From the NCBI GenBank assembly GCA_963701965.1, contig OY969695.1:1603765-1635764 (forward strand): a DNA stretch of 32,000 nucleotides, written 5' to 3'. The DNA comes from an uncultured Gemmatimonadales bacterium (lineage in GTDB: Bacteria > Gemmatimonadota > Gemmatimonadetes > Gemmatimonadales > Gemmatimonadaceae). Under the pieces are notes generated by a model. The model saw only the letters and a list, made by a program, of their open reading frames with translations. It made no database searches and had not been told where the DNA came from. Positions within the stretch are counted from its first letter, which is position 1. Each line of letters opens with the position of its first letter. Shown here piece by piece: positions 1-7,602 of the stretch. The position numbers and the translations under genes were made by a program.

Positions 1-989
1 ACCCGGTCGCCGTGCTGCTCACCACCGTGCTCACCGCCTATCTCCTGCATCCCGACGCCGTGCTCGGGTGGCCTCTGGCGGGCGAGATCGTCGGCGAGTT
101 CGTCGTCGGCACCGTGGCCGGACTGGCGGTCGGCTTTGGGGGCCGCTGGCTGCTGCGCCGCGTCAGGCTGCCGGCGAGCGGTCTCTATCCCGTGCTCACC
201 CTGTGCCTGGCGTGCCTGGCGTTCGGCGCCGCGACGCTCACGCACGGCAGCGGCTTCCTGGCCGTGTACGTCGCTGCCGTCGTGCTGGGCAACGGCGTCA
301 TGCCCTATCGCGCCAGCGTCCTCAGAGTCCACGACGCGCTGGCCTGGCTTGGCCAGGTCGGGATGTTTCTCATCCTCGGCCTCTTGGTATTTCCCGCCCG
401 CCTGATACCGGTCGCGCCGATCGGGTTCGCGCTGGCGCTCTTTCTGGCGTTCGTCGCCCGCCCGGTCGTCGTCGCCGCCTGTCTCGCGCCCTTTGGATTC
501 CCCTGGCGCGAGATTGTGTACGTCGGATGGGTGGGGCTTCGCGGAGCGGTCCCCATCGTCCTGTCGCTGATCCCGCTCTTGGCCGGCGCGCCCGAAGCCC
601 AGCGCATGTTCGACGTCGTGTTTTTCGTCGTGGTGGTGAACGCGCTCATCCCGGGCGGCACCGTGGCGTGGGTGACCCGGCGGCTGGGACTCGAGGCGGA
701 TGCCCCGCCCCCGCCGCGCGCCGGCCTCGACATCGACGCGCGCGAGCCCATGGATGGGGATCTCCTGTCGTTCTACATCAATGACGCGCTCGCCGTCGCC
801 GGCCGCCACATCGCCGATCTGCCGCTCCCCGCCGCATCGGCCGTCACGTTGATCGTCCGGGGTCGAACATTGGTCGCGCCCAAGGGGGTCACGATGCTCC
901 AAACCGGTGACCATGTGTACGTCCTCACCCACCCCGCAGACCGGGCGTTCATCGAGCTCTTGTTCGGCCGCCCCGAGAGCGAGGCATAG
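1..989 (+). CDS. K+/H+ (cation:proton) antiporter, NhaP2/CPA1-like. This is the 3' part, with a C-terminal TrkA-C (RCK_C) domain. The gene is truncated by the window edge.
   Basis: ORF 12..989 is open to the window start. It has multiple hydrophobic TM segments (GSGFLAVYVAAVVLGN, GWVGLRGAVPIVLS). These are followed by a soluble tail (LLSFYINDALAVAGRHIADLPLP...TLIVRGRTLVAPKGVTMLQTGDHVYVL) typical of TrkA-C. Confidence 0.8.
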   Translation, partial: PVAVLLTTVLTAYLLHPDAVLGWPLAGEIVGEFVVGTVAGLAVGFGGRWLLRRVRLPASGLYPVLTLCLACLAFGAATLTHGSGFLAVYVAAVVLGNGVMPYRASVLRVHDALAWLGQVGMFLILGLLVFPARLIPVAPIGFALALFLAFVARPVVVAACLAPFGFPWREIVYVGWVGLRGAVPIVLSLIPLLAGAPEAQRMFDVVFFVVVVNALIPGGTVAWVTRRLGLEADAPPPPRAGLDIDAREPMDGDLLSFYINDALAVAGRHIADLPLPAASAVTLIVRGRTLVAPKGVTMLQTGDHVYVLTHPADRAFIELLFGRPESEA

Positions 990-990
990 T

Positions 991-1419
991 ATGGGCGGGA
1001 TCCGGCCGTATCGAGCGTCCGATCGGAACGAGTGGCACCGCATGCGGACCGCGCTCTGGCCAGAGCAGACGGAGGCCGACATGAATGCCTGGCTCGCCCG
1101 CGCCGACGCCACGATCTTCGTGGCCGAGGAAGGGCACGCGCGCCTGCGCGGATTCGCCGAAGTCGCCGAGCGGCCGTACGCCAATGGTTGCGACACCAGC
1201 CCGGTCGCGTACCTCGAGGGCTGGTACGTCGATCCCGCCGCGCGGAGGCAGGGTGTCGGCACCGCCCTCGTGCGGGCCGTCGAGTCGTGGGCGCGGTCGC
1301 GCGGACACCGCGAACTGGCATCGGACACCGGGTTGGACAACCCGGTGTCGCAGGGCGCCCACGAGCGTCTCGGGTTCACCGAGACCGAGCGGCTCGTGCT
1401 CTATCGCAAGGCGCTGTAG
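991..1419 (+). CDS. GNAT-family N-acetyltransferase resembling aminoglycoside 6'-N-acetyltransferase type I
   Basis: In-frame ATG at 991 lies 1 nt after the antiporter stop. The sequence has ALWPE, GFAEVAERPYANGCDTSPVAYLEGWYVDP, the acetyl-CoA loop RRQGVGTAL, then ELASDT and GFTETERLVLYRK. This pattern matches AAC(6')-I enzymes as I recall them. The upstream part of ORF 907..1419 overlaps the antiporter and was discarded. Confidence 0.75.
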   Translation: MGGIRPYRASDRNEWHRMRTALWPEQTEADMNAWLARADATIFVAEEGHARLRGFAEVAERPYANGCDTSPVAYLEGWYVDPAARRQGVGTALVRAVESWARSRGHRELASDTGLDNPVSQGAHERLGFTETERLVLYRKAL

Positions 1420-1427
1420 TATATCGC

Positions 1428-2249
1428 ATGCAACTCCTCCACTGGCTCGTGGCGTGCTGCCTCGCATTCGCCCCGCCGAGCTACGACGTCTATGCCGTGC
1501 GCTTCGCCGGCTATCACGACTTCCCGCTCGCCGCGCTCCTCTCCGGCGCCGACACGGTGCGACGCCAGGATCTCGCGTTCATGGTCTGGCTCATGAAGGG
1601 GCCAAACGGGCGGACGGTGCTGCTCGACGCCGGGTTCCATCACCCGGAGGTCTACCGTCGATGGCACCTCGCCGATTTCGAGACGCCGGCCGCGGCGCTC
1701 GGGAAACTCGGCGTCCGCCCGGAGGACGTCACTGACGTCGTGATCTCCCATATCCACTGGGACCATCTCGACGGCGTCGATCTCTTTCCCAAGGCCCGCG
1801 TGTGGATTCAGCGCGACGAGTATCGCCACTACGTCGGCGCCGACGGGAAGCCGCTGGATCGCACGATCGACACCCTCAATGCCCGCGTGCTCGCCGGACT
1901 CTATGGCGCCGGCCGCGTCAGCCTGGTCGACGGCGATGGCCGCGAGATCATACCCGGCATCACCGTCTATACCGGCGGGCGCCACACGTTCGCGTCGCAG
2001 TACGTCGGCGTGCACACCACGGCCGGCACCGTCGTGCTGGCGTCGGACAACGCCTATCTCTACGCCAACCTCGCCACCCACACGCCCATCGCCCAGACGT
2101 TCGCGCCCGGCGACACGACGTCCAACCGTCAGGCGCAGGAGCGCATGGAACACATCGCGACCGACCCGCGACTCATCATCCCGGGGCACGACCCGATGAT
2201 CTTCGCGCGTTTCCCCACGCCTGGCGACGGCGTGGCGCATATTCAGTAA
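1428..2249 (+). CDS. MBL-fold metallo-hydrolase (lactonase-like) with an N-terminal hydrophobic signal-like segment
   Basis: ATG at 1428 is in frame with ORF 1032..2249. N-terminus is MQLLHWLVACCLAFAPP. The metallo-beta-lactamase motif is SHIHWDHLDG (HxHxDH), with later His/Asp ligands (GGRHTF, ASDNAY, IPGHD). Confidence 0.8.
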   Translation: MQLLHWLVACCLAFAPPSYDVYAVRFAGYHDFPLAALLSGADTVRRQDLAFMVWLMKGPNGRTVLLDAGFHHPEVYRRWHLADFETPAAALGKLGVRPEDVTDVVISHIHWDHLDGVDLFPKARVWIQRDEYRHYVGADGKPLDRTIDTLNARVLAGLYGAGRVSLVDGDGREIIPGITVYTGGRHTFASQYVGVHTTAGTVVLASDNAYLYANLATHTPIAQTFAPGDTTSNRQAQERMEHIATDPRLIIPGHDPMIFARFPTPGDGVAHIQ

Positions 2250-2258
2250 CGCCGCGCC

Positions 2259-4895
2259 TTATTCCAGTCGGAGGGCAGTCACGGGATCGATGGCCGCGGC
2301 GCGGCGCGCGGCGAGCCAACAGGCGCCCAGCGCCGCGAACAACAGAATGCCCGTGACCGCCGCGATCGTCGGCGGATCCGTGGCCCGCACCGCGAACAGG
2401 GCCGACGCGAGCCACCGCGTACCGGAGAGCGCCACGGCGAGGCCGGCGGCCGCGCCCGCCAGCGCGTACGCCATGCCGCCCCACACGATCATGCCGACCA
2501 CGCTCTCCCGCTGCGCGCCGAGCGCCATGCGCACACCGATCTCGCGGCGCCGCGCGCTCACACTGTACGACAGCATGCCAAAGATCCCGACCGCGGCCAA
2601 CGCCAGCGCGGCGACGGCGAAGCCGCCGAGGAGCGCCGCGTAGTGCCGCGGCTGAACGACGGACGCCGATAGGCGCTCCTCCATCGGCGCCGCGTCGTCG
2701 AGCGGCACGCCAGGGTCTACCGAACGCAGCGCGTCCTGCACCTGCCGCGTGACATTCTCCGGCGAGCCGGCCGTGCGCACGAACACGCTGATCGCTTGCG
2801 GCCATCCTTGGCTGACGGGTGCGTAGATGGCGTCGCCACCTTCGTTGAGTCCCTGGACCTTGATGTCACCAACGACGCCGACGACCGTCGTCGGCGGACA
2901 GGTCAGACATCCGCCGGAGATGAACCGCCGTCCCACGGCGCGTTCGCCCGGATAGAAGCGCGTGGCCCAGGCCCGGCTGACCACGACGACCGGCGGCGCC
3001 GTCCCGCTGTCCGCCGGCGTGAACAACCGGCCCTCGAGCAGCGGAACGCCCATGGTCGCGAAGTACTCCGACGTCGAGGCGATCCACGGGGCCACTGGCT
3101 GGGCGCCGCCCGGCGGGACCGGCCGATCGAGCAGGTCGAAATTGTTCAAGTTGAGATCCGTCTCTCTCGGCGGGATTACTTCATTGAGGCCCGCGCTGGT
3201 GACGCCGGGGACGGCCCGGACCACCGGCAGGGCCCGCGCCCAATACGCCCCGATCGTCGTGTCGTTCGCGTAGCGCGCGCCCGGCAGCCCGACGCGCACG
3301 ACCAACAAGTGATGCGGGTCGAACCCGGGGGTCACGCGCATCAGCCGCACGAAGCTGTTGAGCATGAGACCGGCTCCGGCCAGGAGCGGCAGGGTGAGCG
3401 CGAACTGCGCGATCACGAATGCGCCGCGGATGGCGTGCGCACGCCGGCCGCCGACGAGTCGGCTCCCTTGGGTCTCCGCGCTGGAGGAGCCGCCTTTGAG
3501 CAAGAGGGCAATCGGCGACGCGCCGACGATCGCGCCCACGAGCAGCGCCGTCGCGCCCGCGAACGCGACCATGGTCAGATCGGGTCGTGCATCGGCGAGT
3601 CGCGCGACGTGGGGGCCGAACGCGATCAGGAGCCGAAGACCAATCGCGGCCGCGGCGAGCCCGACGAGCGATCCGACGCCGGCGACGATGACGCTTTCGG
3701 TGATGAGCAGGCGGGCCAGCCGCGTTCGCGTGCCCCCCAGCACGGCGCGCACCGTGATCTCGCGCCAGCGGCCGGTGGCGCGCACCAGCGTAAGGCTGGC
3801 AACGTTGGCCACGGCGACCAAGAGGACCAGCGCGACGGCGGCCGCGAACACCGCCAGCGTGCGGCTGGCGTCACCGATCATGATTTGCCGCAGCGGCCGC
3901 GGGGCGAGCCGCGCCGTGCGATCCTGAAAGCCCGCTGACCACAGGGGGAAGAGGCGCTGGCTCAAGCCTGTGAGGTCGCGGCTCGCCCCGTCCAGCGTCA
4001 CCCCATCGCCGAGGCGGCCGATGCCGATCAACAGAAACGGTCCGCGCCGGGCCGGCGTCGCCAGTTGGAGCGCCGGCCAGATCTGGCTCCGCAGCCGGCC
4101 GAGCTCCGTCCGTCCCGGCGCTAGCACACCGACGACCGTGTAGGTCTTGCCGTCGATGACCAGGGGGCGTCCGAGCGCGGGCGCGGCTCCGCCGAACGTC
4201 CGGGTCGCGTACTGATCGCCAATGACCGCGACGGGCGGTGCGCCCAGCCGCTCATCGTCGGGGTCGATGGCGCGGCCGCGCGCGGGCGCCACGCCGAGCG
4301 CGCGAAAGATCCCGGACGTGACGAACCCCAGGTCCACGCGCGCCGGCTCGCCGCCCGGCGCCATTACGGTCACCGTACCCGCTTCTTCGACGCCCACGGA
4401 CGAGAAGCTGTGCTGCTGGGCTTCGAGGGCGCGATAGTCCACGGTCGACAGGTGCCAGCGCACGCCAGGGGTGGCGTTTTCCAGGGCGATATCGGTCAGA
4501 CGCTCGTCGTGGGGATAGGGAAGGCTCGTCAAGAGCACGGCGTGGATAGCGCCGAAGATCGTGGTGCAGGCGCCGATCCCCAGCGCCAGGACCAATACGG
4601 CCGAGACGGAGTACGCCGGACTCTTGCGCAGACTGCGCGCCGCGTAGCGCACATCCTGCCACAACTCCTCGACCCACCGCACCCGGCGCGCGTCGCGATG
4701 CGCTTCCTTGTACCGCTCGACGCCGCCGAACGCGAGTCGGGCCTGACGTCGCGCTTCGCCCGTGGTGAGCCCTTGGGCGCGCGCGAGGGCGTCCGCTTCC
4801 AACTGGAGATGCAGCTGCATCTCTTCGTCCAGATCATGATCGAGCGCCGCGCCGTCCCGGAGCGCGCGCAGCCGACGCCGCCACTGGCGCATCAT
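2259..4895 (-). CDS. ADOP-family duplicated MacB/FtsX-type ABC transporter permease with an N-terminal permease-prefix domain
   Basis: The start MMRQWRRRLRAL overlaps the PadR stop as ATGA. The prefix helix region is LDEEMQLHLQLEADALARAQGLTTGEARRQARLAFGG, followed by SLRKSPAYSVSAVLVLALGIG. There are two FtsX-type TM bundles and a C-terminal ARRAAAIDPVTALRLE. The 111 codons upstream in ORF 2259..5228 overlap padR and were discarded. Confidence 0.85.
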   Translation of the reverse strand: MMRQWRRRLRALRDGAALDHDLDEEMQLHLQLEADALARAQGLTTGEARRQARLAFGGVERYKEAHRDARRVRWVEELWQDVRYAARSLRKSPAYSVSAVLVLALGIGACTTIFGAIHAVLLTSLPYPHDERLTDIALENATPGVRWHLSTVDYRALEAQQHSFSSVGVEEAGTVTVMAPGGEPARVDLGFVTSGIFRALGVAPARGRAIDPDDERLGAPPVAVIGDQYATRTFGGAAPALGRPLVIDGKTYTVVGVLAPGRTELGRLRSQIWPALQLATPARRGPFLLIGIGRLGDGVTLDGASRDLTGLSQRLFPLWSAGFQDRTARLAPRPLRQIMIGDASRTLAVFAAAVALVLLVAVANVASLTLVRATGRWREITVRAVLGGTRTRLARLLITESVIVAGVGSLVGLAAAAIGLRLLIAFGPHVARLADARPDLTMVAFAGATALLVGAIVGASPIALLLKGGSSSAETQGSRLVGGRRAHAIRGAFVIAQFALTLPLLAGAGLMLNSFVRLMRVTPGFDPHHLLVVRVGLPGARYANDTTIGAYWARALPVVRAVPGVTSAGLNEVIPPRETDLNLNNFDLLDRPVPPGGAQPVAPWIASTSEYFATMGVPLLEGRLFTPADSGTAPPVVVVSRAWATRFYPGERAVGRRFISGGCLTCPPTTVVGVVGDIKVQGLNEGGDAIYAPVSQGWPQAISVFVRTAGSPENVTRQVQDALRSVDPGVPLDDAAPMEERLSASVVQPRHYAALLGGFAVAALALAAVGIFGMLSYSVSARRREIGVRMALGAQRESVVGMIVWGGMAYALAGAAAGLAVALSGTRWLASALFAVRATDPPTIAAVTGILLFAALGACWLAARRAAAIDPVTALRLE

Positions 4896-5218
4896 GCGGT
4901 CAGCACCTGCTCGACGGCCGAGGAGAACAACCGCCATTGCGAACGCTCGGTGGCGAATTGTTTCCGGCCGTCGGCCGTCAGCGCATAGAACTTGGCGCGC
5001 CGGCCGGCCGGCCCTGTCCCCCACTCGGCGGCGATCCACCCCCGATCTTCCAGGCGATAGAGGGCGGGGTAGAGACTCCCCTGGCCCACGGCCAGAATGT
5101 CGTTGGAGAGATCCCGCAGCCGCTTGGAGATGCCCCATCCATGCAGCGGCCCGAGCACGAGAGCTTTGAGGATCAGGAGATCCAGTGTGCCCTGGAGCAA
5201 TTCGGCGCGTTGTGCCAT
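4892..5218 (-). CDS. PadR-family transcriptional regulator
   Basis: The 108-aa product begins MAQRAELLQGTLDLLILKALVLGPLHGWGISKRL and continues GSLYPALYRLEDRGWIAAEW...KFYALTADGRKQ. This is the canonical PadR winged helix. Its stop overlaps the downstream permease start. Confidence 0.9.
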   Translation of the reverse strand: MAQRAELLQGTLDLLILKALVLGPLHGWGISKRLRDLSNDILAVGQGSLYPALYRLEDRGWIAAEWGTGPAGRRAKFYALTADGRKQFATERSQWRLFSSAVEQVLTA

Positions 5219-5223
5219 ACCTC

Positions 5224-5251
5224 GACAATCGACAATGTATTGTCGATTGTC
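5224..5251. promoter_or_regulatory. Perfect inverted repeat with 13-bp arms and a 2-bp spacer; candidate PadR operator
   Basis: GACAATCGACAAT-GT-ATTGTCGATTGTC, beginning 6 bp upstream of the padR ATG (5218) on the minus strand. Confidence 0.55.
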
Positions 5252-5364
5252 AAGGTATGTGCGCTCACGGGACGCCGCGTCCCACCAGCGAACAACGGTT
5301 CGACGTAACTCGTTGATGCACAACATTGAGCTGCCGGCACGGCTTTTGGTTGTGTCTGGCTGTC

Positions 5365-5600
5365 ATGCAGACATTCCTGCAGGACATCCGCCTCGGGGCG
5401 CGACGGCTCGCCCGTAGTCCCGGCTTCACGACGGTCGCTCGCGACTGCTGCGCGGGCTCCTCTTCGGCGTCGCGCCAACGGACGTGCCGACCCTCGCCGC
5501 CACGTGCGTGCTCGTCATAGCGGCAAGCGTCGCGGCGACCTGGATCCCGGCGTGGCGCGCCGCCCGGATTGACCCGATCCAGGCGCTGCGCGCCGACTAA
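5365..5600 (+). pseudogene. Relic of a MacB/FtsX-type permease: the N-terminal ~25 codons are fused out of frame to the C-terminal ~50 codons
   Basis: MQTFLQDIRLGARRLARSPGFTTVA is a typical permease N-terminus (frame of ORF 5326..5520). It is joined at about 5437-5445 to LLRGLLFGVAPTDVPTLAATCVLVIAASVAATWIPAWRAARIDPIQALRAD*, a typical last TM plus tail, in another frame ending at 5600. Confidence 0.65.
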
Positions 5601-5604
5601 CCAC

Positions 5605-6828
5605 TTACCGCGCGACGAGCGCCGTGGCCGCCAGGTCGCCCGTCACGTTGAGCACCGTCGCGAAGAGGTCGGGAATCGTGTCGACCGCGATGAGGATCCC
5701 GATTCCCTGAGCCGGCAGGCCGATGGCGAGGAAGAGCGGGGTCAGCATCAGGAACGCGCCGCGCGGCACGCCGGGCGCGGCGAACGTGAAGAACACGCCC
5801 GCGACGGCCACCGTCGCCAGTTCTTGCGGATGCAGCGTGACGCCGTAGAACCAGGCGACGAACAGGGCACCCACCGTCCACGAGATGGGCGTCGCGATCT
5901 TGAACATGGAGACCGCGAGCGGCACCACGAACCCGACCACGCGCTCGGGCAATTCCAGATCGCGCTCGGCGCCCTCGATGAGCGCCGGCAGGGCGGCGAT
6001 CGAGGAGCTGGAGCTGAACGCGATCATCTGGGCCGGGAACGCCGCCTTGGCAAAGCGCCGCATGGGGATCTTTCCGACCACAGCAACCACGGGGTACAAA
6101 AGAAGCGCGGCGGCCAGACTGGCGATCGAATAGGCGGCAATGTACACGCCGACCGCGCCCGCGAGGGCGGCGCCGCTCCGCGCCGCCAGTGGGAGAATCA
6201 ACGCGAAGACCCCGATCGGCGCCGCGGCGATGACCCACCGCACCAGCACCAGCATGGCATCGCGGAGCGCCGCGAAAAACCCGATCAGGCGCTCGCGCGC
6301 GGCCTCCGGGCTCCGGGCGATGGCCAACGCCAGCAGGAGCGTGAAGATGATGAGCGGCACGATAGCGCCGTTGGCCGCCGCGGCGATGGGATTGGACGGG
6401 ATCAGCGACGTGAGCCACCCGCTGACCGACGGCGCGCCACCGCCGGCATCCAGCTGCGCGGCCGCCTCGGCGGCGCCAGCCGGCAGCGGCTGCAGGCCGG
6501 CGACCGAATGCGGCAAGGCGAAGAAGGCGAGCGCGGTGGCGACCGCGAAGATCACGGCCACGCCGCCGAGGAGCGCCACGAACACGGCGAGGGTCCGCCC
6601 GCCGATTCGTCCGATCGCTTTGAGATCGGTGGCCGAGGCGACGCCCGTGATCAGTAGCGCGATCACGAGCGGGATCACCGTCATGCGAATGGCGTTGACC
6701 CACAACGTCCCAATGGGGACGAGGATGTCGGCCGCGCGCAGCAACGTGGCGTTGCCCGAAGCGGCGATCGCGATTCCCAACGCGAGCGCCACCACGAGGG
6801 CCAGGAGCACTTTGGCACCGTCGGTCAT
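5605..6828 (-). CDS. Dicarboxylate/amino acid:cation symporter (DAACS, GltP/DctA family)
   Basis: 407 aa and polytopic. Contains LWVNAIRMTVIPLVIALLITGVAS, SSSSSIAALPA and TVLNVTGDLAATALVAR, which are characteristic of sodium:dicarboxylate symporter family proteins. Confidence 0.9.
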   Translation of the reverse strand: MTDGAKVLLALVVALALGIAIAASGNATLLRAADILVPIGTLWVNAIRMTVIPLVIALLITGVASATDLKAIGRIGGRTLAVFVALLGGVAVIFAVATALAFFALPHSVAGLQPLPAGAAEAAAQLDAGGGAPSVSGWLTSLIPSNPIAAAANGAIVPLIIFTLLLALAIARSPEAARERLIGFFAALRDAMLVLVRWVIAAAPIGVFALILPLAARSGAALAGAVGVYIAAYSIASLAAALLLYPVVAVVGKIPMRRFAKAAFPAQMIAFSSSSSIAALPALIEGAERDLELPERVVGFVVPLAVSMFKIATPISWTVGALFVAWFYGVTLHPQELATVAVAGVFFTFAAPGVPRGAFLMLTPLFLAIGLPAQGIGILIAVDTIPDLFATVLNVTGDLAATALVAR

Positions 6829-6846
6829 GGGGGTGTCAGTCGTGCG

Positions 6847-7602
6847 CTACATCATGAGGTCGCCGCCGTTGATATCGAACGACGCGCCCGTGATGTAGCC
6901 GGCCGCCTCCGAGGCCGCGAAGCAGATCAGGTCTGCGACTTCGAGTGCGGTGCCGAGTCGCGGCACCGGGTAACCCGCCGCCAAACGTTCGAGCAGGCTC
7001 TGATCCGCGCTCTCGCGCGTGAGCTCGGTGTCGATCATGCCCGGGCAGACCGCGTTCACGGTGATCCCGAACTTGCCCAGCTCTTTGGCCGCGGCCCGCG
7101 TGAATCCCAGCAACCCCGTCTTGGACGTCGTATAATGCGCGCCGCCGAGCGTGCTGACCATACGCCCGGCCGTCGAAGAGATGTTGATGATCCGGCCGTA
7201 CTGCTGCCGTTTCATCGCCGGCAGGACGGCCTTGGTGAGCAGGAAGGGCGCCGTGAGGTTCACTTCCAGCGTCTCGCGCCATTCTTCGGCCGAGAGATCG
7301 TCGAACCGGGTGGTGCGCGCCGCGGCGGCGTTGTTGATCAGGATGTCCACGCGGCCAAATCGCTCGAGGGTCTGCTGGACGATCGCCGCGGGCAAGCCCG
7401 GCGCGGCAATGTCGCCGGGCACCGGAAGCGCCCGTTCGCCGAGTGCGCGACACACGGCGACAGCCCGTTCGCGATCGCGCACGTTGACGGCGACCGCGGC
7501 GCCACGCTCGTAGAGACGCTCGCAGGCGGCGCGACCCAATCCCCGCGCGGCCCCGGTGACGATGGCGACGCGGCCGGCGAAATCCACCGGGGGATTACTC
7601 AC
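6847..7602 (-). CDS. SDR-family oxidoreductase (FabG-like short-chain dehydrogenase)
   Basis: Cofactor-binding TGAARGLG, NNAA, and the catalytic SS...YTTSK, then PGMIDT. The GTG start overlaps the upstream gene's stop by 8 nt. Confidence 0.9.
   Translation of the reverse strand: MSNPPVDFAGRVAIVTGAARGLGRAACERLYERGAAVAVNVRDRERAVAVCRALGERALPVPGDIAAPGLPAAIVQQTLERFGRVDILINNAAAARTTRFDDLSAEEWRETLEVNLTAPFLLTKAVLPAMKRQQYGRIINISSTAGRMVSTLGGAHYTTSKTGLLGFTRAAAKELGKFGITVNAVCPGMIDTELTRESADQSLLERLAAGYPVPRLGTALEVADLICFAASEAAGYITGASFDINGGDLMM

Noticed and set aside
1032-1427. N-terminal 132 codons of ORF 1032..2249
   Set aside because: This stretch overlaps the GNAT gene in another frame and is Arg/Pro-rich. 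The MBL protein starts sensibly at ATG 1428 with a hydrophobic N-terminus.
2796-3938. 380-aa plus-strand ORF, together with other plus-strand ORFs between 2290 and 4988
   Set aside because: It is antisense to the well-supported permease gene. Its composition is dominated by R, G, D, E and P runs with no recognisable motifs, which is a typical shadow ORF in GC-rich DNA.
5569-6703. 362-aa plus-strand and 368-aa minus-strand ORFs overlapping the DAACS symporter gene
   Set aside because: The sequences are Arg/Gly/Asp-rich and low-complexity (e.g. RDGHRRQFLRMQRD...). The symporter frame (5605..6828) carries clear family motifs and TM periodicity.
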